Position numbers and translations under genes: made by a program
Part shown: piece by piece, positions 50,932-64,000 of the stretch
Layout: every line of letters begins with the position of its first letter
Position numbering within the stretch: the stretch's first letter is position 1
Notes under the pieces: model-generated
What the model was told of the DNA's origin: nothing
What the model saw: only the letters and a program-made list of their open reading frames with translations
Databases searched by the model: none
Assembly (NCBI RefSeq): GCF_964204865.1
Contig: NC_135261.1
Location: 17,732,001-17,796,000, forward strand
From: Styela clava
Lineage: Eukaryota
Length of the DNA stretch: 64,000 nt
Reading direction: 5' to 3'

Positions 50932-53328
50932 TCTTGACGCCAAATGAGACTGGTCTAATCCAATGACTATATATTTATTTGCAATTATGTATCACGTTTT
51001 CAGTAAACGATAAATCAAACATCTTGTTAAGCAGACAGACTGTCGTGATTCTACAACGTATTTCTTGCATGAGATGACAATCTAGGTCGAGGAAGATGGG
51101 CAAGGATGGGTTAATCGTTAGACATTGAATGATAATGTTAGAAACGAAACCAACTTTAATAAAGGAAAAAGCAATAGCGTTGTGCGTTGTTAGATTGTCA
51201 CGATATCTCATGCAGTATGAGGTAATGTTCATGTATAATGCATGATAGTTTGCACATAAATTTTTGTATAGGCAAATAACTGTGTTGAAAGTATAAAGCA
51301 ACACCTTTTTACGCCAAGTACGCTTTTTAGTACGATTGTTTCTGCCAACAATCGTACCTTCCAAAATCCAACAATCGTCCATATTTATAATAATTATTAT
51401 CAAAATGAAGCTGATCTATGAATAAAGTTCTGTGAAACGCTTAAAGATACACAATGTGTGCAGGCGACTAAGAATGAGACTCATTAGGCAATCAGAAAGA
51501 AAAAGAAACATGCATACCTAGCAGTCGAAGTTTACTTAAGAACCAAGACTAATGAAAAGAAAAGCTTATATTCTGTAAGCTATCACAGCTATCAATTTGG
51601 CAAACAAACGACTAAGACGAATACTATTTTGCTCACATGTATGCAAGAAGTAACTCAACTCATTGCGATATTTCAGTTCATGCGTGAATTGGGTACCTTT
51701 TTTTGTCGTTAAAAGACGAATTTGACAATATCAAGGTTCAAACGTTCATCATAAAGTATTTACAAATACTTATTCAAATGTTTCAAAAACTTGCGCACGA
51801 CTCTGAAGAAGCAATTTCAATATTTTTGTTTTCTTTGGTCTGCACAACTTTCAGATGTCAAACCTATTTGCAGTTCAAGCAGAAACCAAGAGCTGCTATT
51901 ATCATTTTAATCCTAAATCAAAAAATGGCCAAGAATGTACAACCTCCACTTCGAAGCCAAATGTAACCTGTTGATAAGCAGACGCAATTGATGAAAATTT
52001 GCCAGCCAATTTGCCAGCAAGTCTAATTTTAACCTCAGATTATCTTTGAGTGGTTGTTATTGCAAACTATAATTTCAGTACTATACGAGTCATTTTTTAC
52101 ATGTACATAAAGCAGTAGAAGAAGAGTCTAATTTCGTTCTATCGTTTTCAAAGGTGAATACGTGTTTTTTCTTCTTTTGTTTGTAATGTAGCATTCGTTA
52201 CCGCATTGTGAGTGATCCACTCAAAAAAGTGTAGCCCAATACGAGATTTTTTATTTGACGATTTATAGTAATTTAACATAGAATGTAATTATGTTAGACG
52301 CGTACATACGCCTGTTTGTGTCCAACATCATCTTTGCGACACGAAATGGAGTAGAACCGCGACGGTCATGCTTGACGAAACAAAAATTTTGGTGATATGG
52401 CGAAATTTTAGGTGAAATATCGGATCTCATAAGAATTTTGAAAAAACGTTTTAGCCCCTGGCGACTACTTTGATCATTAACCAACTGAATATTTAAAATC
52501 GATTGGTCAATTATTCACGAAGAAAACCCATTTCTGACAATAAAAAATAGACTTAAAATTGTCCTAATTTAAATTTATATTTCGCCATCGTCATTCGAAA
52601 TCTCAGTGCACTAAAGGCATACGAGTGCTTGTTTGTGACAAGTTGCCAACTGTTTTTAAATACGTTTTTTGCATATCGTGTATGAGTGAACAGCCCATAA
52701 CATTTGATATACTCCAGTACACCCTTAAAGTTTCATTTACATCCCAGGGTGCACTATTCATAATCTAGATATATAGCGCTGGCGTACGTAATTCTTTCAG
52801 GCAAATCTGGTACTTACCAGTGACGCTTTGACAATTTCAATCTTTCAGCATACATGGGACCTAATCAATTTATTTATATTCTGTGTGTCGTTGTGAGACG
52901 TAAATTAACAGTCTTCGTTTCATTTGTCTTCCATGACCGTGATCTTAACCCATAATTCTAACTGAGATTTTTGAATAAAATAGTGCATATGACTGAAAGT
53001 TTTGCAATCATATATGAAATTTATCTTTAAAAACCGATACCCATAACATTCTTCATCGCTGTGGGGTCGTGAAAGTCGTATCCGTTTGCTGTAATCATCG
53101 TGCTCAGGAAGCTGCAATCGATCGTTGCATGCTCAGAATCGCGACACTGTGTAGGACTGAAAAAAGACAGGTGGACTAGAGCAGTCCTGATAAACTGGCG
53201 GATTACATTATAACGCGCGCACACAATGTCACCCTGGAGCGGTGGTTTCCGCGGCACCCCAGGTCATCTATTGTCACTCTATTATGTCACAGTAAAATGT
53301 GTGAAAACGTTGAATGCGCCAAATTATG

Positions 53329-53653
53329 TGAGGTTTCAATATATTTTTGTTTGCTTCCATAATTGAATTGTACCAATTAAAAACATACCTGTTGAATCTA
53401 ATTTCTTATATGTGTCCCGAAGCTAAATATTAAACGTCGTCAAGGTAATCAAAATATAATTCCAAGAAGCAAGTCTATTTATGAAATATATTTGAGGTTT
53501 CAATATATTTTTGTTTGCTTCCATAATTGAATTGTACCAATTAAAAACATACCTGTTGAATCTAATTTCTTATATGTGTCCCGAAGCTAAATATTAAACG
53601 TCGTCAAGTTAATCAAAATATAATTCCAAGAAGCAAGTCTATTTATGAAATAT
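53329..53653. repeat. Tandem duplication with a 164-bp period
   Basis: 53329-53489 and 53493-53653 appear identical apart from one substitution (CAAGGTAATC / CAAGTTAATC). Confidence 0.9.
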
Positions 53654-54650
53654 TAGTATATTTTTCTTAAAAATAGTATGGAAGCGAAGCAAATACAGTA
53701 GAAAAAAAGTCTGAACTAAGTAAGTTTTATGGCATTGTTTGTAAAACTGTAATAATGATTAAGGTGAGAAGTCGAGATTTAGTCAACACGCAGGTGTACA
53801 ACGGGTATGTCCAGGCCGTCGTTGATGACTTCGACCAAACCAGACTTCATCAACGTCGGCGGCACACGCTGCAAGACCTATCTTCCCCGGATTTGTATGT
53901 TCAATCTTGTCTGAATTAATTTAGGACAGGACACTTAGCCCGTGAGTGCTCAAACCCTCTATTTTGCCGCCTGTGTAAAAGTCCGGGCATGTGCAGAGGG
54001 AGTGCACCGATTTTCCTAATATTCTATCCACCAATACAGCAAGAGATAATGTACCACGCAAAAACGAACCCCCGTGCGATAGCCCTCTTGGGAAACATTC
54101 AACTAAACCCATGGTGAGAACTTTGAGATACAGCTTCTCGAAGATAACAACAAAGGTCCCATAATCACAGGTGGAGGAGAATAAAGATGATAGAAGAAAA
54201 GAGCTTTCTAATATTAATAATAATAGTGGCAGTTTTCATATTCGGGTCACGGTGGATATCCACCCAACCCCCGACTGAGATTGATGAGATTTCCGAAAGA
54301 TGCTGGAAGTTGGCTGTTTTTAACATCGCCAAGCTTTAGGTGAGCTCTGATGAATATCTCGCGTATTTTCGTAATAAAATTCGCAGCCATCATAAATCCA
54401 AAGAGCCGGGTCCGAACTGGGACTAATCTAAAATAGGAAAAAGTCCTTCCCTCAGGAACGACAGGATGGGACGAGAGTGTTTGTCGTCAGACCAGACGTC
54501 TCATCTACTCTCACCCCTAGTAACTTCAGGGTTTTCTCGAAACTGTCTACCGGGGAATAAATAACAATCAAACTCCAATTTTCTATAATCCTCCATTTCC
54601 GTACTCTTCCACATTGGTGCCGTTATCCGACCACAGTGCTGTGGAGGAAA

Positions 54651-54715
54651 CTGGCACGAGATGCATACCACATATACCACGAGATGCATACCACTGGCAC
54701 GAGATGCATACCACG
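54651..54715. repeat. Short tandem repeat CACGAGATGCATACCAC x3
   Basis: Three copies read directly. Confidence 0.8.
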
Positions 54716-56621
54716 CTGTGACACTGTCGTTCTGTTCTTCTGGGTGTGGCTGTTAGCGTGTGCTGTGGTTGGCAGGGGGTAGTTGTCTGAGTGTGATTGG
54801 TTTTCGTTTGGATTCTGGTCATGAGTGTCTGCCGGAGTGCCTCTGGTATCCGGTGGGTTATCAGGGATGTTTGTTTGTGACTGCGGGATGGGGATTTGTT
54901 GGATGTTTTTAGGCTAGGCAGTAAGCCGATATTATTGTTTTAGTACAGTGCCATTGCAGTTATTTGAGCGTTGTATTTTTGGTTGCTGTCATGGAATTAG
55001 CTATCATCAGTACTGTTCAGAGTGTTTTTATCGTATATTCTGTTTTCTTCCATTTTGCTGCCTGGTACTTGTCGCTTTATTGTATGCTTGTCGTTTTGTT
55101 TGGAGTATTTGGTTGTGTTGATATTGCTAATTAATAAATAGAACAAAATAGTATAAATTGAAGTGAATATTGAGAGGAAACTTGACGTCAGATCATATTG
55201 GAAAATATTCTGAACTTGGATAATTACTACATAGACTGCAGGTACGCTACAGTAGCATCTCGAGTGGTAGTTTCGTATGCCAGAACGCATTCTATACAGT
55301 TTGATTTTGTGATTTACGCACTGTTTTTGATTTTAAGGTACACAAATTTAAGTTGTTCGCTTTTTTGCTTTGCCGATGCAGCAAAGAGTTGAAATATATT
55401 TCTTACATTATGCGACGGAATCGTTCGTTTCAAAGTTTCATAACTTAAAAAATCCAATTATTTATCTGTTTCTAATTATTTATTTGCATTCTGGCAGTAA
55501 AATTCATTACATCGCTCACTTGATTACGTTGCTATTACGAAGACGCCATTATGACGGTCGCTGTTTGACAGTCTCTATTTGGATCCCGAGCCCAGGTTGC
55601 CACCGAGTCCCTATTTTCATGATCTTTTGACCTCATTTGAACTCATTTTAGTCTAATTATAAAATTATCAAGATGAAATAGCATGTCAAGAATACTAATT
55701 TGTGCAGTTCTCAAGATTGTTAGAATGAGAAACACCGAAGATATTGGACATTCAATTTTTCCTATATCTTTAATTTATTGGTCGAAATGTATGGGCGGTT
55801 ACGCAAGATATAAACTCAAATTTCTAGCTAATTGTCGGGTTTTCAGAAATGGTAATCAAGTTTTTTTAATAGGGAAAGTGATCCATTTAAAAGCTGTTGC
55901 TCTAAATTTTGGGTACAAGTTTTGCTTACGAGATCGGCCACAGCTGATACAATAATAGCGCCACATATACACCTAATTGGCCATCGCTTATTTTATTTTT
56001 TGTCATTTCCTGGTATTTTTCCGACCTCGTCTTCATAGGATCCTCCTCTCCTTCATTTTCTTTCTAATCTCATAACTTCGTCATCCTGCATCTTTTTTTT
56101 CTCTTTTCTTTTTGCCTGGTCAAGACGAAATACTCGCCACTAGAGGGTATAAAAAGGTAAGTATAAAAAGGCAAGAATCGATAGGTCGAGGCCTACTAAC
56201 AGGGAAAAGTGCAGGTCAAAGAAATTAGCCTTATTATGACCGGGAGCGCTGGTCAGCGAAGAGCAGCAAAGAAATTATTTTTTTTTTATCTTGAGGCCCT
56301 GAGGGTAACGAGCGCCATTGCGTGTTCACAGAAATGCACGACAACAAAACGACAAGAAGAATTTCAGTCGTACAAATCGTCATCCAACTTATCTACTTCA
56401 TTCGGTAATTAATTCGTCAAATTAACAGTATACATTTTTGATGTGACAAGATAGCAATGATGTATCAAATAATATAAAAAAAAATTGCGATTGAGATCGA
56501 TTTTAAATTCGGAAGCCCTTCATCGCGTGCGACAGGGCTATTACACTTTACTGCCATTTTGCGTACGGAATAGCGAAACACATAGATATTGCCATGTGGG
56601 CAATTCTAATTATATATAATA

Positions 56622-57822
56622 CAGGGGTCTCAAACTCATTTTACTTGGGGGTCGCTGATGCAGAGTCTGGATGAGTCCGGGCCGCATCAGGTTTTCCACA
56701 ACAAAAGCTTAGCAACTCGTTCAAATTTTATTCCTTGTGCACTTCAACTTTATCTGTGCAGATGAAACATGTCGTGATGCTTCTATGCTCAACAAAGAAA
56801 TATTGCATTTTCCATTTTTTTGTAATTGTCTGTGCTCATCACCAACCTTTCTATTTACTGAAACTTCACTTCCAACGACACGTTTAGGGATTAGCGAAAT
56901 TATAAAATTCCATCTTGTAATAACTGTTGCGCTGATGTTTCAAAGCATTTAGCCGATGGACAGTGATGTTTCGCCACATGGGGAACATGATTACAATGTA
57001 TCGAGATAAAACTAAGCGTTAGTGATTGTGACGTCAAAAATTATGGAATACTGTTAAATTATTTCAGGTGGTCCCTCGATCGAATATCAGGCCTACAGAT
57101 ATGGTACTGGTAGGTTACCGCACCGCATATTCCTTTCAGGGGATAGATGATAAAATATTTTGTTTTGCACTACGTGACTATATCTTATATTACGGAGTTT
57201 CCCTTTTTCAGCCACGGAACACCAAAAATTAGAGGGTTAAATTGATAAAGAAAAACGGTGCAATGTAGGGATTCTCAATGGTTTAGCCGTGGCGAGTTGA
57301 AAATTCGCGACAAACTTTCAGCATTTTGAAGTAAAACCAGGTAGAGATGGAGGAAGAACGGATGACCTTTTGCCTTTATTCTTTAGACTTACTTGTTTGT
57401 CTTTAAAAAAACCAAAAGAAGTACTGTAAATTTGATAATGAAATTAACAGTCAAAAAGCTAAACCGACGGTTAACGAAAATGCCACTACCCTAACTTAGT
57501 TAGTCCACTTTAGGCCGACGTTGACGCGATTTTAAACGGTCAGTTGGGCAACAACTTCGTGATTCTGAGATCACCATGGCGACCAATTTAGATGTATTTT
57601 TGATTCCTTTCCCACGCAACACTCGGAAGATGCTCGCGGAACATTAGTGTTCAGCGGAACACAGTTTGGGAAGCGCTGTTATATTGAAAGCAATAATCAT
57701 GTTAACTGAGATAAGTGACTTGTGGGCCGCACTAACATTAAACTTTAATACCAAGGCGGGGGCCACAAACTATCATCCTGTAGGCCGCAATTGGCCCGCG
57801 GGTCGCGCGTTTGAGACCCCTG
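56622..57822. mobile_element. hAT-type element with a nested hAT element (57193-57678)
   Basis: Outer TIR CAGGGGTCTCAAAC / GTTTGAGACCCCTG with TSD ATATAATA. The inner element ends GTTTGGGAAGCGCTG with TSD TTATATT(A/G). Confidence 0.85.
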
Positions 57823-58071
57823 ATATAATATATAGATGAGTTTATAACTTAATAAAGGGATGTAGCCTATTTGTAGGTTGTGTGCTTGTTGCGAGTGAAG
57901 AAAAACAGATTCTAGTACCCGAAACATGTTGCACGGCAATTGCGCAATTCTATGAATCTATGCCACTGCTGGATCAACATTTCAATCTTTATAAAATGCT
58001 ACTACTAGAATGCTAAGTTTTATTTGATGTAAGCTAGCTACTGTTTTCATTCATATTTGTACACACACATT

Positions 58072-59925
58072 CAGGGTTGTCCAAAACGAATCGAATATTC
58101 GAATGTATTCGAATATCAAAGTATTCGAATACCTTTTCGGCTGATTTTCGAATAATTCCGAATAGTAGCCACTTTTCGCCGTAAACGTGGTGTTTCGTTT
58201 TACGGGAATCTTTAAACGACTTATTACGCTGTCTCACGTATTGTAATGACGATGAAATAGAATCGGCACTTTGATTGTTTATATTCCGTGCGACCGTGCG
58301 TCGCATAGTGGCATAGTGTTGCGACACATTTGAGAAAGTATGTTTATATATATTTCTATGTGGCCTGCTTATTATTAGCATAAGTCTTCTCAAGCATGAT
58401 TTGTGTAACCCTATATTTGGGTCTCAGGGTCTGCCAAATATGATATTTAATCGCAGGCCGGTTATCGTTACTTTAAAGAGAAACACGGCCACCGAGATAA
58501 AGTGATTTGCGACCCTTTCGTTTTGCCGATTCAGCAGAACACGACACAGCTGCGAAATAACCCGTGCACACAGTGTAGTACTTATCACATTCCAAAATTA
58601 TTTCAACAATCGGGTTAATAGGTTGTCCAAAATGATTGCCCATTACAACTCAAATTTACCGCCCAATTGTTAAAAATAGTTAATTCTGTGAGTATGATTC
58701 TACCAAACTAACATGATCTGGTTCTAAACATATAAAATTATTAGCGCATATCATCATAACTGAACAACAGGGACACAATTTTTCTACCCGTCTTATTGGA
58801 GGCCTATATGGAAAAAAACCTTTTTTGAGTGCTAAAAATAGACATCGTCCTATTTGCCATGTGGACTTATTAGCCGGGGAAATACGGTATTTATCTAATA
58901 AAATGTCAAAGTTGGAAAAACAAGTCGATTTATTAGAAAATAATTTCTGGCAAATAATTTTGATAACGATAGCTAAAAGTATCGATCCTTTACCAGGATG
59001 ATTTTTTGTTGCGCAAAATAATCCAATCCATGACTGATACCAGCATTTAAAATGTCATGCCGTATTAATGTAATTCTGTTCAACGTAACTCATGGTTGTA
59101 TCGACAATCTGTGGACATAAAATGTGGGGTAAACTGACCGATATTATTAAATATTGATTCCTATTTTCATATTTTTTCGTGATTACGAAATTAAGAATGA
59201 AAAACTAATTATATTCGTTACAATATCACGGCAATCTGTGGACATAAATTGTGTGGCAAAACTCGCGATTAATATTAATTTTTGATTCCTATTTTCGTAT
59301 CTACAAAATACAACGGTGATCTAAGGACTTAGAATGTGTGGTAAACTACCCGATTATAAATAGTTTTTTATTCCTATTTGCATATTTATAAAATAATAAA
59401 AGTATTATTACTCAAACATACAACGGCGATCTGCGGACTTAAATTGTGTGGTAAAGTTCCCGAATATAATTAATTTTTGATTCGTATTTTTGTACTCACG
59501 AAAAAATTGTCACGAGTCGGAAAAATAACTCATACTTTATCCCGCTTTTTGGCAAATAATTTGGATAATGGTTGGTAGTTAAAAGTATGGGCGTTTCACT
59601 AGGATGATTTTGTGTTGCGCAAATATTCAAATCCATCATCGATACCACTATTGCCGTATTAATTTAATTCTGTTTACATGACTCATGGTATATAAAATAT
59701 ATACTGCAATAATCTGCAAATATGAAATGCCTGGTAATATAGCTAGGTTGTAACTTGTAGATAGCAGTTATTCCATTGCTTATTGTATATATGGGAATTC
59801 CTACATACATTTAGATAAGCATCAATTAGTGGATTTTATTTTCGAAGTATTCGAAATTTCATATTCGAAAAAAATAATTTCGAATGTATTCGAAATAGTG
59901 AACTATTCGGTATTGGCCATCCCTG
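58072..59925. mobile_element. Composite non-autonomous DNA element with ATTCGAAT subterminal repeats
   Basis: Ends CAGGGTTGTCCAAAACGAAT / ATTCGGTATTGGCCATCCCTG; many TATTCGAA motifs near both ends; internal ~120-bp tandem repeats at 59105-59490; absent from the paralogous site near 49635. Confidence 0.75.
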
Positions 59926-61789
59926 CGGACACATTAATTAACCCAGGTAGGTAGATTTCTCATCCCGGATGTGTGGCCCATATTGCAGATGTGATGTCAA
60001 ACAAAGTGCTTTCATGTTCATGATGAGAACTGCAAAATAAGACTCCATTAAACCACGGAAGTTCGTTGACAAGTTTCCAAACAGATGTCAAAATGGCTTC
60101 CTCCTAAATCCTATTTCAGCTGTCACCCGATTCTTGTTTCGAAACAAAATTGGTACTTACTCATTGGTAAATCCAAAGAAAGTTGCAATGGTGCTGAACT
60201 AGGTTTTAGACGAAGTCCATTTAATTGTTTTCCCACAAATGGGCGTGGCAAAATCATTTTTCATAAACTTATGGCTTATATATTCAAACTCTGTTTTTGC
60301 GGTTGCCTAATCATCACTACCCAGCCATGAATCAAGCGAATTCAGACTTCTTCATGACGCAATTGTGATATATTGTTACCAACTTGTTCGTCGTTGTTTC
60401 AATTCTACAGTATCTTATGGATATATACTGTTTGTTTTGTCCTTCCTTCACTTATTCAAGCCATGATACATATAATAAGTTAATAATAGCCCTGATAATT
60501 TGATGTACTATCAAGCACAGTACGAAGTAAGTCTGCGATTCGGGCGATGCATCTTGCATTATTGGAAAGAGCCAATAGTCGGAAAATGAATTGTTATGAT
60601 CAACTCGTTTACTCCTAAATCACTTGTCAATTCCTAAATATGCGAGAAAATCACATAAAGAAAAAGTAGTCAACAAAGTGTGCAATGATTGTACGCCTGC
60701 ATAAACAACGAATTTTGCCACGTTGTCAATGTTTAGTTTTATTTCGACTGAAACGGTGAATACGCAGCCATGATAACATATTCTTGCATATATCAATATG
60801 TTTTTTTTTTATCTATAATACCCATTGGTCATTTGCCTATCTATATTCAGAATTAAATTGTAATACATACTAATAATTATACCCGGACAATTATGAACTT
60901 TTGGCGAATTACATTTTTTTCGCAAGATGGGCCATGATCAATCCGTCTTCCTTGTATATCTTCAAAATTGGAAATTCCATCCAAAATTCAATATCGAAAT
61001 TTTGAGAACGAGGCGATTGATTGTAGCTTCCTGAGTGTGATGGTTTGATTTTCACGAGCTCATAGCGAATGTTAATGCATTATTGGATTCGAACACCATC
61101 AATGTATGTCTCAAAGCTACGCACATCGAGGTTCAATGCACTCATGTGCAATAGTTTAATGGTTTTATACGGAAAAACATCATTTGATTGATAAGATATA
61201 ATTGCAGTATTCCAATATATAAACATATGTGCAAACCTAATTCCCGACAAATCAAATGATCTTGTAGATGAAGCAAGTTTAATAATAGTAGTATTTGATT
61301 ATTTCTGAGCAATATATATAAATATATATGATAATATACACTCTCGAATTTGAATGTAAACTTACGGACCCCCTGGACAGTGAGCTACTGGTGGAACTTG
61401 GAGCGCTGCGGAACCCCAGTTTTTTGCTTTTTGCACTAATATGTGACGGATATGAGCGTAGTCTGCGCAGCAACCGGTTTCAGTTCACGATGCAGTGTCT
61501 ATTGCTGAACTAATCTGATTAATGGGAATAAACAATGCCTGGGAGAGAGTTTAAATGATATTATGTCACCTTTTATAAAATCTAGCTTTTATACAATCTA
61601 GCCTTATCAATAATAAATTCAATTTTTATACAAGACTTATTGCTTCTCAAGAATACTTTTTTTCGATATTTTACTTGCTTGGCTAGTCAGGGAAAATTTA
61701 AAATATTTTTTGCTCGTGATCTAAGACCTTTACCCATCCCGTGGAATGGCAACTTTTCGCTGGTATAAACACAATTCTATACTTTAAAC

Positions 61790-62230
61790 CAGGGGTGTGC
61801 AACCTTTTTTATTGGCGGGCCAAATACAAGTAACTGGGTGATGCCGCGGGCCGCACCTTTATTTAATTTAGGCTTTCTGGTAGTTGCAAGCACAAAAATT
61901 GTCTATATTTGCTATTGATCTTACGGTATTATTAGGGGTTCTTGCAGAAATAGTAGCTTAAACTTCTGAAGAAACTGCTATTTAAATTTTTTGTCACACC
62001 GACTTCAAACGAATGCAGTGAGAAACACGTTTTTGTAATATAAATCGTGTATTTTGTCACAGAATTTTGCTAGCTTATTTTGCTAATATGACTGGTATGG
62101 GCTTTGCGACGAGAAAGAATAAATACTCGTTTTGCGGGTACACCATTCGAAATTGTTATTTCTCCGCGGGCCGCACAACTTCTTCTTGCGGGCCGCATTT
62201 GGCCCGCGGGCCGCAGTTTGCACACCCCTG
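61790..62230. mobile_element. hAT-type MITE
   Basis: TIRs CAGGGGTGTGCAA / TTGCACACCCCTG; perfect TSD CTTTAAAC; empty site near 49860. Confidence 0.9.
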
Positions 62231-62437
62231 CTTTAAACTAAGGTCGAATTCATTATCCTGTGAAAACATTAAATTTGACTGACAATTTAGTATTGAAATA
62301 TGAGAAAATAATTAATTGACATTTATGAAAAAACCCTCTTAGTGTATGAGGTATTTTTTCTCAGTAAATTCAAAGGAAAAATTTATATGACATTTCTAAA
62401 TATATATGTCAATTTCCCCTCATGATATATTGTCGAG

Positions 62438-62973
62438 TCACGAAGTGATATGTTTGTAAACACAAAAATAGGATACACCATTTGAACTTTTAAAAATAGG
62501 TCTTCTTTCGAAGAGACATATCCGAGCTCGAGTGCCTGTCTGATGTCCAAATCAAAAATCTCGAGAGGATCTGTTGTTGGCTTGTCATGTTTCATAAAAA
62601 TAGCATAATCACCTGAAGTTCGAAAAACGTTTTTGAATTGACGAAGGGTCATTTCTCTTTCACATACAATTTCTTGATGCCATAATTTATACGAATTTCT
62701 GATTTGATCATGAAATTGTCAATTTCGTTTTAATGCCGCAAAATTATTAAGATGTGCTCTCACATTGACAAGGAAGTCGGCAACAATCGGATTTAGTGAA
62801 ACTATCTTATGTCTCCAGTCAGTTCTTCTTACAAAATATTTCTTAATATTGCCCCAAATATTAGTTTAAACAGCACAGCATCCGCGAGGTTTCAGAACTC
62901 GTTCACATTCTTTTTCAAGTAATTGTAAATCAAGAAAATGAATGGGAGTGGCACATGTGATGAAATCAACACT
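62438..62973 (-). pseudogene. Pseudogenised 3' half of a methyltransferase paralog
   Basis: Aligns to 50044-50580. TAT->TAA near 62866, CGA->TGA near 62720, and a 1-nt deletion near 62455; homology stops abruptly at 62973. Confidence 0.9.
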
Positions 62974-64000
62974 TTTGATTTTGGTCGCTCAGACGAACTT
63001 TGCAAATATTCAGACTTGTGCAGGGCGATAGAATGGTACGTTGCTTGTTTTAATTGAAGGTCTTCAAATAACATTTCACTGATGATGACGCATTATAAAA
63101 AATATATATGATAAAGGAACAAGCAAGTAAATCTAAGAAAATTACTACAAATTATACAGTTTTCCAGATATTGCGTTGTATAAGATAAAAGACGCACCTA
63201 TATATGCTTTTAGGCACTACAAACAAAAGCCATGAAAGCAATGGAGCGTCACAATAATAGAATTAGATTCATTTCACAATTACATTCACAGACATAATGT
63301 ATCACAATGATTTTACTACTGAGTTATTTTAGTAAAACTGCCTGGTTTCATCTCCTGATAATATAGAAGAATTGCGCTCACTGAGCACTACCTCATTGTC
63401 AGATGGGCAAACACCACTTGGTTTGGTTCTAAGTTATCAGATGATTATGAACAAGTTGTGATTTATATGACAGTGATATATGCAAAACAACCTAACAAAA
63501 TAAGGATATTTATCACACACCACAGTTACTACCAAGTGCAGGGCCAACTTCTGGTATCAGGAGCACCTTGATGTGATAAACAAAAAATGTTATTGCAATC
63601 ACCAGGGTCACACCGGACATGGCATGCATGCAAAGCTTACTCCATCAAGTAACATCATTCATTCTATCACCAATTTACTGTGAAAGATTCTGCATGAAGT
63701 CCCAAGTTTTCAATATTAATTTTCTTTTTTATTCATCATTTTTACAGTTAGCAAATATGACCAATGCTAAAAGTATGTGTTTTCTCATTCTGAATTATGT
63801 TAAAATTGTTGCCCGATTCCGAATCTTGTTAATTCTTTCGTGCACTTTTATTATTATAATTTCTTTTTTTAGTGGGTAGGGTACTCTAATTCAAGTTATG
63901 CTCGACTTCCAGTTTTCACTGCATTTTGTTTGTCTGTTGACTTTTTGTGTTGTTTTATTCAATACTGACTGAATTGAGTGTATTTATGTATATATATTCA

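Noticed and set aside
50975-51403. 142-aa ORF upstream of the methyltransferase
   Set aside because: Non-ATG start, no motif, and no compatible splice path identified.
54651-54715. CRISPR-like short repeats
   Set aside because: Spacers are only a few nt, the context is eukaryotic, and there are no cas genes.

Overview
Eukaryotic (metazoan), AT-rich window with short introns. An invertebrate chordate such as a tunicate is plausible, but that is inference only. (1) A single gene of about 45 exons lies on the minus strand (24926->940). Hand-spliced, it gives 6669 nt, about 2222 aa, with no internal stop found. It encodes a secreted mosaic protein: signal peptide - SUEL/rhamnose-binding lectin - WxxW - Sushi - 2x(VWD-C8-TIL) - EGF/Sushi array - TILa - and the C-terminal Cys-rich/beta/C2 region of Cartilage Intermediate Layer Protein (CILP). 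(2) Two tandem Six3/6 homeobox paralogs (34973-36401 and 40884-42414) are old duplicates. They share a ~417 bp, ~99% identical tract over the Six domain and homeodomain (likely gene conversion) and three duplicated upstream non-coding blocks. (3) An intronless class I SAM methyltransferase (50044-50931, minus) has a pseudogenised duplicate (62438-62973) in a segment inflated by nested transposon insertions. (4) There are many non-autonomous DNA transposons with TSDs, two tRNA-type SINE copies and local tandem duplications. All comparisons to known proteins are from memory, not database searches.
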